Shown here piece by piece: positions 20,978-28,872 of a DNA stretch of 51,041 bases; position 1 is the stretch's first letter; every line of letters begins with the position of its first letter. The stretch lies in the IMG/VR virus record IMGVR_UViG_3300036798_000143, positions 1 to 51,041 of that record. One strand, given 5' to 3'. Origin of the DNA: a virus (lineage: Duplodnaviria; Caudoviricetes). A program made the translations under genes and the position numbers. The notes beneath the pieces were generated by a model, which was given only the letters and a program-made list of their open reading frames with translations, was not told the DNA's origin and ran no database searches.

Positions 20978-21722
20978 CTACTCGAGCCGAGGCTCGGGCG
21001 TCAGGCTGATCGTCGTCCATACAGCCGAGGGCGCGTTGACGTACCAGGCTCTCGGGAACTTCTTCGCCAACCCGTCATCGGGTGTGTCCTCACACACAGG
21101 CATCGACGACACACCGAATACGGTTGGAGAGTACGTCGCGAGGTCCAGTAAGGCTTGGACAGCCGCAAACGCGAACCCGTACAGCGTGCAGACCGAGCTG
21201 TGCGCGTTCGCTGCTTGGACCGTCGCAGAATGGGACCGTCACCCGACGATGCTTGAGAACTGTGCGCAGTGGATCGCGGAGGAGTCAGCCTCCTACAAGA
21301 TCCCGATTCGCAAGCTCTCGGCCTCCGAAGCTCAAGGCGGAGCAGCGGGAGTATGCGGACACATAGATCTCGGTACGTCGGGTGGCGGCCACTGGGATCC
21401 AGGATACAACTTCCCGTGGGATCGCGTCATCGCGATGGCACAGGGAGGAGCTGCACCAACACCAAGACCAGAACAGGAAGGAGAGGACATGATCGCGAAC
21501 ACCGATGGGCAAGGCTACTGGGTGGTCAAGCCCGATGGCGCACTCTACGCATTCGGAGATGCACAGTACCACGGGGCACCGAACAACCCGAACGTGGTTC
21601 CGGCTGGGCAACGTATCGTGGGTATTGCTGGGCGTGGTAAGGACGGCTACCGGATCGCTGCATCCGACGGCTCAATCTACTGCTACGGCTCGGCGAGCTA
21701 CAACGGCAGACCCGATCGGTAA
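20943..21722 (+). CDS. Endolysin: N-acetylmuramoyl-L-alanine amidase with C-terminal repeat cell-wall-binding domain
   Basis: IVVHTAEG, SSH, AWTA..ANPYSVQTE and GH...HWDPG amidase_2 motifs. C-terminal GYWVVKPDGALYAFGDA / GYRIAASDGSIYCYGSA repeats. AAAGGAG RBS. Confidence 0.88.
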   Translation: MTLHRVVIPSPNYSSRGSGVRLIVVHTAEGALTYQALGNFFANPSSGVSSHTGIDDTPNTVGEYVARSSKAWTAANANPYSVQTELCAFAAWTVAEWDRHPTMLENCAQWIAEESASYKIPIRKLSASEAQGGAAGVCGHIDLGTSGGGHWDPGYNFPWDRVIAMAQGGAAPTPRPEQEGEDMIANTDGQGYWVVKPDGALYAFGDAQYHGAPNNPNVVPAGQRIVGIAGRGKDGYRIAASDGSIYCYGSASYNGRPDR

Positions 21723-22009
21723 TGCGCGCCAATGTAGATAACGTTGCGTGGATCCTAGCGCTCTCGTTGGCAGTAACACTCTTCCTGCTGGTCGTAGCCA
21801 TCTTCGCCCAGATCTTCGTATCGAGTAACAACCCTATGCTCAGCGGGCCAGCCAGTCAGACGATAGACTCTGCACTAACGGGTATCATCGGAGTGCTAGG
21901 TAGCTACATCGGTTACACTCTTCGGGACAAGCACGACGCTAATGGAAAACGGCAGAATGGATTGATCCCTCCGACTTCCTCTCCAGAAGGGAACGATCTC
22001 CCATCGTAA
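21722..22009 (+). CDS. Holin-like membrane protein
   Basis: Two hydrophobic helices and a charged C-terminus, coupled to the endolysin. Confidence 0.6.
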   Translation: MRANVDNVAWILALSLAVTLFLLVVAIFAQIFVSSNNPMLSGPASQTIDSALTGIIGVLGSYIGYTLRDKHDANGKRQNGLIPPTSSPEGNDLPS

Positions 22010-22397
22010 AGGTCCGCCACGCTGCGTAGTGCCTAACAGCATCTCTCGCGTGCTTTAGACCAGCTACGTAGATGTTGTACTTCTTGAGCTTGTCGTCTGT
22101 CCAGAAAGCCTTCCCTGTGGAAGCTGACTGCCATACCCCGGTAGTACCGGTCCGCTGTAGGTACAGCTTTACTACTCCGATGTACTCCTTCGAGACTAGA
22201 ATCGTATTGCTCTGACCTCGATTCTCGAACGTCTCACATATGATGTACTCCGGTTCTAGAGTGTATAGTGTTCGGAACAGGGCTCTGTAGTGCTCCCCTT
22301 CCATTTGTTCTACACTCAGAGCCCACGGTTTCCTTTGATCTCGGACCACTGCTACTCCGGTTGTTCCGCCTGGATCAAGTGCCACTGCGTAGGTCAT
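21939..22397 (-). CDS. RuvC-like Holliday junction resolvase
   Basis: ALDPGGTTGVA, ICETF and HARDAVRH RNase H-fold catalytic motifs. Confidence 0.8.
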   Translation of the reverse strand: MTYAVALDPGGTTGVAVVRDQRKPWALSVEQMEGEHYRALFRTLYTLEPEYIICETFENRGQSNTILVSKEYIGVVKLYLQRTGTTGVWQSASTGKAFWTDDKLKKYNIYVAGLKHARDAVRHYAAWRTFTMGDRSLLERKSEGSIHSAVFH

Positions 22398-22587
22398 TCG
22401 CTCTCCTCATCTTCTCTGCCCATGTTCTAGTCTCTCGTGCCATTACAGTATGCGGACTGCAATCTGGATATACTTCGTTACACCATCGTGCGACTTCATC
22501 TGCGTCCTTGCGACTTAGTGGGTAGGTTTGGAATATCAACCTACGGCAGATTATTGTCCACCGCCGTGTCGAGATTCTTATCGCCAT
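22375..22587 (-). CDS. Hypothetical protein
   Basis: Open frame overlapping the resolvase start. Start codon uncertain. Confidence 0.45.
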   Translation of the reverse strand: MAIRISTRRWTIICRRLIFQTYPLSRKDADEVARWCNEVYPDCSPHTVMARETRTWAEKMRRANDLRSGT

Positions 22588-22616
22588 GTAAGATTGTACT
22601 CCTGCAGCTCTTTAGT

Positions 22617-22760
22617 TAGACTCGCGTGCCCCAAAAAATCCGATAACTCCCCGATTTTTTGGGGCACGCGAGTCTCTTATATTGACAACGCGATTCTAAG
22701 GGGTATAGACTGATTTTCCCCATTTATTTGCTGCGCACTTTAATGGGGCAAAATAGTCTA
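22617..22760. repeat. Double inverted repeat made of four AGACT-N4-T(G/T)CCCCA half-sites
   Basis: Perfect 23-bp IR at 22618-22640/22653-22675 and imperfect IR at 22706-22760. TTGACA at 22682 lies between them. Confidence 0.85.
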
Positions 22761-23000
22761 GTCTTCATCTGTCGGAAACTCTCGTTCAAACACCCTCTGA
22801 TACCTTTTAGCCCCTGGGTCAAGTATACAGTGTTTGCACCAAGACTTGAAGCGTAAACGGTTCTTATCGAAGTAGAAGTTGTCTATAGACAACTCTCGAT
22901 CGCCCTCATGATTTGGAGCGGAACATCTCTTCGTCTCAGGATGAAGGTCTCTCTTTATTGAGCCCTTGGGTCTACCGCGAACCTTAGCGTGTTTCATCAA
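22758..23000 (-). CDS. Small Cys/His zinc-binding protein
   Basis: KRC...H...FY...SWCKHC pattern as seen in endonuclease-associated Zn modules. Confidence 0.6.
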   Translation of the reverse strand: MMKHAKVRGRPKGSIKRDLHPETKRCSAPNHEGDRELSIDNFYFDKNRLRFKSWCKHCILDPGAKRYQRVFEREFPTDED

Positions 23001-23430
23001 GTACTACCAGTTCGTAGTCGGCAAACCACGTTGGGTCCTCTTTACCGTCAAGCTTAACACACGCTTCGTGGTCTTCGGCCTTAACAAATAGGACCTCGCC
23101 CAGCTTGTCTCGATACAGTAGCCACGTACCTCTTGAAGGGTATCGATCCTCATCTCGAGATATCCGTACTCGACAGCCTCCGACTACGTCTGCACCAAAT
23201 CGATCCTTAAACGGCGTGATGGGAGAACCTACGAGTCGAAGATTGCCTAGGTCGAGGTTGTCCTTGTCACCATCGACAAACTCAACCTTTTCACCCTTTT
23301 CTAGACTTCGCTCTAAATGCCCCTCCATAATGAATCGGTGGTCAGCTACCCATCCGTCTTCCGTACGTGTACCCCAGTAACCGTTTCGGTTTTTATAACG
23401 GTCACCAACTTCTGCACTCTTTCCTCTCAC
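22984..23430 (-). CDS. HNH-like domain protein (possibly degenerate)
   Basis: NGYW...HRFIMEGHL.R.L...EKVEFVDGDKDNLDLGNL. The usual HH before DGDK reads EF. Confidence 0.65.
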   Translation of the reverse strand: MRGKSAEVGDRYKNRNGYWGTRTEDGWVADHRFIMEGHLERSLEKGEKVEFVDGDKDNLDLGNLRLVGSPITPFKDRFGADVVGGCRVRISRDEDRYPSRGTWLLYRDKLGEVLFVKAEDHEACVKLDGKEDPTWFADYELVVLDETR

Positions 23431-25721
23431 AAACTACCCCAACTTTCTCCTATTGCTACATCTACCGGGAATGGTACAAAGTCACTGTAACACTCTTTCG
23501 CTACTTCTGGCATCACCTCCTCCATCAGCTTCGCGGTCTCCACAGGGGTGTCGGTCTCTACAAGTATACTGTCGTGCACCAGTAGCCGTATGTCAAGGTT
23601 ATACTGCTCGTGCAGTACCATGGCAGCATTAAGACATATGTCGCTCGCGGTTGACTGGGGTATGAAGGCAAGGCCCTCCTTCACTACGTCGTACTTGTTG
23701 TCGTTTGTTACCAACCAGATGTGTCGGTGCCTACCGAAGGCTGTCGTCAGATCGTCTTCGCCATGGAGAATCTGGTCCTTAATACCTTCGCGCCACCTCG
23801 TCACGTCTGGGATCAGGTCGAAGAATGTATCGATATACTTCCTAGCTTCGCTAACCGGGATGTGATACTCTTGTGCCAACGAGTATTCCTCTCGCCCGTA
23901 TGAAAGTCCAAAGACGACGGCCTTCGCACGTACACGTTGATCCTTAGTAAAGTTGGGCCCGAAGAATCGAGTAGCAACTTCACTATGAATGTCACGCCCG
24001 TCGGCGAAGAGCTGACGGAGGTACTCATCCTTAGCTTCGCAAGCCATAACACGTATCTCTGCTCCTTTGAAGTCGGCCTGTACGAACGTCTTACCCTCGG
24101 ACGGTATGAACATGCGCTTCATCGCCGACTCGCGAGGCACGTTCTGCAAGTTCGGATTACGGCAACTAAGACGTCCCGTAGTCGTTCCGTGAAGTAAGAA
24201 GGTTGGGTGCACTCTTCCTTTGTACAGACGTCTAAGGGTACCCTTAATATACGTGCCGTAGAGTTTAGTCTGCCGACGATGCTCTAGCATCAGTCTCACA
24301 AATCGTAGTACGTCCTCGTCCTTCGACAGCGTTAGGATTCTGTTCAGCGTTTCTACGTTCGTAGACGATACCTCAACACTTTCCTTCTTCAACGCAGCAC
24401 GCACCTGAATAGGACTACGAGGGTTATCTACCCATCTTCCTAGTCGCTTTTCCAGACTGTAAAGGTCAGCTTCGAACTCGTCACGTATTTGGTTTGTGTA
24501 CTGCAAGTCAACCCGTAGACCTCGTAGCTCAGCGGCCATGAGCATGTCGCTTGCGCGTACCAACATATCGTGTACGCGTGTAACACCTTCCCGCTTCATC
24601 TGGTCGTCGTATATGTCCTTCAACGAGAATGTACATACAACGTCGTACGCGTTGTACTTGTACAGGATCTCTCGTGGTACGTGTGCGAAGTTGTCACCCT
24701 TCTTCTTCAGGTACTTATGGATCTCGATGGCGTAGTTGGGTGCGTCTAACTTCTCTCTTGCCAGGTACTTAAGTCCATGAGTTCCTTGCCGTTCATCCAC
24801 TGCGTAGCTGGCGAGCATTGTATCGGCGTCGAGGTGGGTTTTACCGATAACGTGCTGCAGCCCCGCGAGATCAAACTTGCCATTGTGGGCGATGACCCGT
24901 ACCCCCTCATCTCTAAGGACGTTGCCGAGCATATCCCGCACTCCGGCGTCTTGTAATGCGGTCTCACCAACAACGATGGCACGTCCAGGAGCGTAACATA
25001 ATCCAACACACAGCAGCTGATATCGATCAGGATGGATGAACTCTGTGTCCTTCTCTGCTCCGACCTCGATGTCGACAACCACGTCGCCAGATTTCCTGCG
25101 CAGCTCGGACAGTGCGCGCCTAGCGACAGGCCCTTCATCAAAGACCCTAAAGACTGGGGCTTCCCAACGAACGTCGACATTGCTCTTTACCTTTCCTATG
25201 TCATCAACTAATAGAGGGAATGCGTCTGGCATACGTAATACGTACGCAGGGTGTACGGTCGGTACTACTCGGACTCCGGGGTAGAGGTGGGACTGTCTTG
25301 CTGGTCCGACTCTGAAGCTGGTGATTCCGACCTTGGTATCAAAGACAGCGGCGGCCGCGACGTTTCCGAGAGTGATGATGGGTGCACCGTCTTTAGTGGC
25401 ATCTGTAACCTCAGCTCGGAGTCTTCCACTGCACGCTGCCACATCACGGCTAGTTGGAGTCGCATTGTCCTTTGGCCGGCAAAGGCATGCGTTGGTGATG
25501 AAAGCTCGGTCTCTGCTAAATCCATGGCCTCGCAGAACTGCGTCCAGCAACTTTCCGCTTGGGCCAGTAAATGGAATACCCTTTCGTGCTTCCTGTACCC
25601 CGGGTGCTTCTCCAATGATCACTACCTCCGTTCCTTTCTTGGCGGGATATGACGGTACGAATATGCAACTGTTGTTGTTTAGTCCGCAGTCTTCACAGTG
25701 TGCGAGAGGATGGCGCCTCAT
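23427..25721 (-). CDS. polA: Family A DNA polymerase with N-terminal uracil-DNA glycosylase (family 4-like) domain
   Basis: CEDC...IGEAPG..E...G.PFTGPSG...HPAYVLR (UDG). DIE, HNGKFDL and YNAYD (3'-5' exonuclease). TGRLSC.NPNLQN, DFKGAEIR, RVRAKAVVFGLSYG and VHDS (PolA). Confidence 0.93.
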   Translation of the reverse strand: MRRHPLAHCEDCGLNNNSCIFVPSYPAKKGTEVVIIGEAPGVQEARKGIPFTGPSGKLLDAVLRGHGFSRDRAFITNACLCRPKDNATPTSRDVAACSGRLRAEVTDATKDGAPIITLGNVAAAAVFDTKVGITSFRVGPARQSHLYPGVRVVPTVHPAYVLRMPDAFPLLVDDIGKVKSNVDVRWEAPVFRVFDEGPVARRALSELRRKSGDVVVDIEVGAEKDTEFIHPDRYQLLCVGLCYAPGRAIVVGETALQDAGVRDMLGNVLRDEGVRVIAHNGKFDLAGLQHVIGKTHLDADTMLASYAVDERQGTHGLKYLAREKLDAPNYAIEIHKYLKKKGDNFAHVPREILYKYNAYDVVCTFSLKDIYDDQMKREGVTRVHDMLVRASDMLMAAELRGLRVDLQYTNQIRDEFEADLYSLEKRLGRWVDNPRSPIQVRAALKKESVEVSSTNVETLNRILTLSKDEDVLRFVRLMLEHRRQTKLYGTYIKGTLRRLYKGRVHPTFLLHGTTTGRLSCRNPNLQNVPRESAMKRMFIPSEGKTFVQADFKGAEIRVMACEAKDEYLRQLFADGRDIHSEVATRFFGPNFTKDQRVRAKAVVFGLSYGREEYSLAQEYHIPVSEARKYIDTFFDLIPDVTRWREGIKDQILHGEDDLTTAFGRHRHIWLVTNDNKYDVVKEGLAFIPQSTASDICLNAAMVLHEQYNLDIRLLVHDSILVETDTPVETAKLMEEVMPEVAKECYSDFVPFPVDVAIGESWGSL

Positions 25722-26413
25722 GCTACGCACCAAGCGTGAAAGCGTTCGAGACTAAGTAACGCTTCAGGAGTCTCTTCCTGTACGAAGAAATCCTTCGGTC
25801 GAGATGCTGAGTACGATTCGGACAGGTCCAGCCCTTGCAGACCTAACACCACAGGGGCAGACGAGTCAATCCCTCGAACTATGCCCTGCTCTGCTAGGTC
25901 CTTCGCTTCTTCCAATCGTGTCGTACAGCCGAGTGCATGGATAGACTTGTACGTCCACTTGCGGATTCTCCTTGCTCCAAGAAGTCTAGCATCGGGTCCT
26001 AACGCCTTAGTCATGACTCTAGGCAATGCTAGACTCGCAACTCCCATGTCTAGTGCTGACATTAAGATGCGCTCGAACTCTTCCCATGTCGCACAGTGTA
26101 GGACCGCCATGACCTTGAAGCCTCGGGCTGCTTCCATAAACCTCCGGAGATTGTGTAGGGTTCCTGACATCTCTCCGTATACGTCAGGAGCTATCACCTC
26201 GTCTACCTCTAGCTCCCACGCCATGTACAACAGGTCCTCGGTGCTGATGTGCTCGTCTTCCGCTGCACCGTTGTCGAGGATCTTGAAGCCTTTCACGTTC
26301 TTGTAAAAGTCGTAGTAGACCTTGTTGGGTATCAGCTGAGGTAAGATCATATGGTACCCGTAGTTACTGATCCTGGGCATCATCGACAAGGGTACAATCG
26401 GTGCGTAGTACAT
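25718..26413 (-). CDS. TGT-fold protein, putative DpdA-like DNA 7-deazaguanine transglycosylase
   Basis: ILDNGA, IAPDV, MAVLH, IHALG and GIDSS follow the TGT/DpdA motif order. Sits in the folE-queEDC cluster. Confidence 0.7.
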   Translation of the reverse strand: MYYAPIVPLSMMPRISNYGYHMILPQLIPNKVYYDFYKNVKGFKILDNGAAEDEHISTEDLLYMAWELEVDEVIAPDVYGEMSGTLHNLRRFMEAARGFKVMAVLHCATWEEFERILMSALDMGVASLALPRVMTKALGPDARLLGARRIRKWTYKSIHALGCTTRLEEAKDLAEQGIVRGIDSSAPVVLGLQGLDLSESYSASRPKDFFVQEETPEALLSLERFHAWCVA

Positions 26414-26621
26414 AGTTCCTCCTTTCTATTTCCCGAGTTATATACCAGATAGCCTTACGCATGTCTTCTTCCGCATCGCTCTTTAGTCCTGCACGCCACA
26501 GGTACTTAATCGCATTGCCGATGTTGAAGCTGAAGTGCTCCACGATGTCGATACACTCAATGCCTGTTGGATGACGATTGTAGTGTACCGGATGGTTTAC
26601 AGGATCATCCGAATCGGGCAA
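26364..26621 (-). CDS. DUF3310-like phage protein
   Basis: DPVNHP.HY....IECID......F..GNAIKYLWRAG.K....EDMRKA.WY signature. Confidence 0.85.
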   Translation of the reverse strand: MPDSDDPVNHPVHYNRHPTGIECIDIVEHFSFNIGNAIKYLWRAGLKSDAEEDMRKAIWYITREIERRNYVLRTDCTLVDDAQDQ

Positions 26622-26910
26622 CGTTCACCTTCCTCTTCTTACGGTACACTACCTCTACGTCAACTCCTAGCAGACCGATCAAGAGGCACCAGTAATGAAA
26701 CACGTCGATGAGTTCAACCTCCATTAGGTCCTTCATCTCGTCGAACGTCTTACTGCCACGTATGTACTTCTTGAGTAGGTCAGCTACTTCGCCTGATTCA
26801 CCACAAAGACCTAACACGAACGTTCTAAGTTGGTGCTCTCCGTCTTCGTAGTCGAACCAACGATTGGAGTCACGTTCCATCTCGTCGATGTAATCGTTAA
26901 GGTCCATCAT
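26605..26910 (-). CDS. MazG-like nucleotide pyrophosphohydrolase
   Basis: LGLCGESGEVADLLKK...ELIDVFHY EXXE/EXXD motifs. AAGGAG RBS before ATG 26910. Confidence 0.8.
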   Translation of the reverse strand: MMDLNDYIDEMERDSNRWFDYEDGEHQLRTFVLGLCGESGEVADLLKKYIRGSKTFDEMKDLMEVELIDVFHYWCLLIGLLGVDVEVVYRKKRKVNVARFG

Positions 26911-27050
26911 GCTGTCTCCTTGTATGATGCGTTGAGGATACGAGCTATCTCGCTGATACGTTCCCATGCCTCAGTAGGGGACAATCCCATATTGATAGGT
27001 TGTCGAAATACTACTTCCCTGATCTTCGCTACTATCTCAGCATCGGTCAT
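26907..27050 (-). CDS. Small hypothetical protein (47 aa, MTDAEIVAKIREVV...)
   Basis: Read by hand. ATGA overlaps with folE and the MazG-like gene fill the gap exactly. Confidence 0.55.
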   Translation of the reverse strand: MTDAEIVAKIREVVFRQPINMGLSPTEAWERISEIARILNASYKETA

Positions 27051-27613
27051 TTGAGGAGGCCCAGGAACTCTGCTCGTGCATTGTTACCTTCCTCTCTGAA
27101 TGCTCCTCGCATCGCTGACGTTGTAGTCTTTGCATCTGCCTTCACACCGCGTATGGCCATGCATGTGTGCTCTGCCTCTAGTACTACAGCAACTCCCCGT
27201 GGCTCTAGGGATGCCTCTAGGAAGTCAGCTATGGCCATTGTAAGGTTCTCCTGCGCCCATAGACCTCGCGCCTTCCACCGTACTGCTCTGGCGACCTTAC
27301 TGAGCCCGGCAATCTTACCCTGTGGAATATAACCCACGTGGGCCCGTCCCATGAATGGCAACAAGTGGTGCTCACAGAGTGTCACGAACGTGATCTCACG
27401 AACGAGTACCATCTCGTCGCAATCGGAATCGAACGTAGTGAACTTCCAGTAGTCGTCGTTCTTGCCCATCAGCTCACGGAAGGCTTCGACAAACCGCTTG
27501 GGCGTGTTCTCTTTTACCTCCTCCGACATCTTCCCTACCTCTCGGACAAGGAAGGATGATATACACGTCGTCGAGGGTTCCTGATCGATCATATAAGATT
27601 CGCCTCGTGACAC
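27047..27613 (-). CDS. folE: GTP cyclohydrolase I
   Basis: TPKRF, CEHHLLPFMG.AHVGY, GLSK.AR and EAEHTCM..RG motifs. Confidence 0.93.
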   Translation of the reverse strand: MSRGESYMIDQEPSTTCISSFLVREVGKMSEEVKENTPKRFVEAFRELMGKNDDYWKFTTFDSDCDEMVLVREITFVTLCEHHLLPFMGRAHVGYIPQGKIAGLSKVARAVRWKARGLWAQENLTMAIADFLEASLEPRGVAVVLEAEHTCMAIRGVKADAKTTTSAMRGAFREEGNNARAEFLGLLK

Positions 27614-28302
27614 TAGATACCCCTATCTATTCCGGGCCAGATGAACTTATGTACCTGTACGTTTAGCTTCCATGGCAGGTTGTTCGCAAGCACCCACTCG
27701 ACCAGTTTCGCCTCTGGAATCAGACCCCACGCAGCGCCTACGTAGAACGGAGCGTCGACCTGGTGTCGCATGTCCTGCCACAGATCAACTGCCTCGTGGA
27801 AGTCGTCTTCGCTGGCGATTACGAACTTCACTGCATCCTTCTGTTGCAGCCGCTTGACGTTTTGTATCCGTATGCCGATGCCTCGATCAGCCTCGCCTGA
27901 TCCTTGCAACTTCCAGTCCATGATCACTGTGACCTGAGGTAGCGTTATCCATTCGGGAAACGCTTTCAAGGAACCGTTAGTGAACATGTCGATTGTGTAC
28001 ACGTCGTCGGTCATGATCGTTACTAGTTCGTCAAGCAGCTCTGCTGGCTGCATTGTAGGCTCGCCGCCTGTTATACAAACGTTCTCGCCAGGTTCCTCTG
28101 CGACCCTGCTCAGAACCTCAGCGACACTCATCGACGGATCGTGCTTCCATACCTCAGGATAGATCGCATACGGTGTGTCGCACGGCCAACCTGGGCATCT
28201 CATGTTGCACCCTGAGAACCTAACGAAGACTGTAGGCGTACCCACTCGGGGCCCTTCGCCTTGGACACTCGGGTATATTTCGTTTACCTTGAACTGCTTC
28301 AT
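27613..28302 (-). CDS. queE: 7-carboxy-7-deazaguanine synthase (radical SAM)
   Basis: EIYPSVQGEG...FVRFSGCNMRCPGWPCDT, ITGGEP and QVHKFIW motifs. Confidence 0.9.
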   Translation of the reverse strand: MKQFKVNEIYPSVQGEGPRVGTPTVFVRFSGCNMRCPGWPCDTPYAIYPEVWKHDPSMSVAEVLSRVAEEPGENVCITGGEPTMQPAELLDELVTIMTDDVYTIDMFTNGSLKAFPEWITLPQVTVIMDWKLQGSGEADRGIGIRIQNVKRLQQKDAVKFVIASEDDFHEAVDLWQDMRHQVDAPFYVGAAWGLIPEAKLVEWVLANNLPWKLNVQVHKFIWPGIDRGI

Positions 28303-28736
28303 GCGGTTACCTCCCAGGTTGCACTGTTCACCTGCGTCTCCCAGACCTCCACTTTGACTCGAGCTAACCCACTTGTGTCGAACTCATGTAGAGCCCATGT
28401 ACCTATCCACTTGGCGATGTTCTCCGTTGTAGGATCTCCATCGCAGGTCTTAAGTCCCGGGTAGTATTTCTCGTAGGCGGTTACACCCAGCGGCGCCAGT
28501 AGCGGATCTTGGTCGTTAAGTAGCAGGTGATGATCATAGACTGTATCCAAGTGGCGCCTGTATACAGCTTTTACTTCGTGGAAGTCTAGACCTAGTAGTA
28601 CACCGTCAGGGTTCACAGGCCCTTCGAACTCTACGACCGTCCACATACTATGTCCGTGAATGTGTTCACACTTCCCCTTCAGCAGACTTAGTCTGTGTGC
28701 TACCTCCATGTTGTGCCGAACTTTTAATGTCTGCAT
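28299..28736 (-). CDS. queD: 6-carboxytetrahydropterin synthase
   Basis: AHRL....KC..IHGHS, DHHLLLN, PTTENIA and VWET motifs. Confidence 0.9.
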   Translation of the reverse strand: MQTLKVRHNMEVAHRLSLLKGKCEHIHGHSMWTVVEFEGPVNPDGVLLGLDFHEVKAVYRRHLDTVYDHHLLLNDQDPLLAPLGVTAYEKYYPGLKTCDGDPTTENIAKWIGTWALHEFDTSGLARVKVEVWETQVNSATWEVTA

Positions 28737-28872
28737 GTCGTTGCTTCACCTCCTCTTTCAGTTTCTCAGCTGTCTTGGTTTTCTTCGTTCCGTGTGTCGG
28801 GTTGTGTATGCTCCAGCACTCTTCTGGATGACAGTTGTGCTGGCTGCACCAGGCTGACCATGGCTTAGGCAT
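28666..28872 (-). CDS. Small Cys/His-containing hypothetical protein
   Basis: WCSQHNCHPEECWSIH. Fills the gap between queC and queD but overlaps queD by ~70 nt. Confidence 0.4.
   Translation of the reverse strand: MPKPWSAWCSQHNCHPEECWSIHNPTHGTKKTKTAEKLKEEVKQRHADIKSSAQHGGSTQTKSAEGEV

Noticed and set aside
894-22009. Stop-codon reassignment
   Set aside because: All core genes are full length under the standard code, and TAA, TAG and TGA are all used as stops.
23427-25721. Intein or intron in the polymerase (or terminase)
   Set aside because: The extra length is explained by the UDG domain. Motifs are contiguous and no intein splice-junction motifs were seen.
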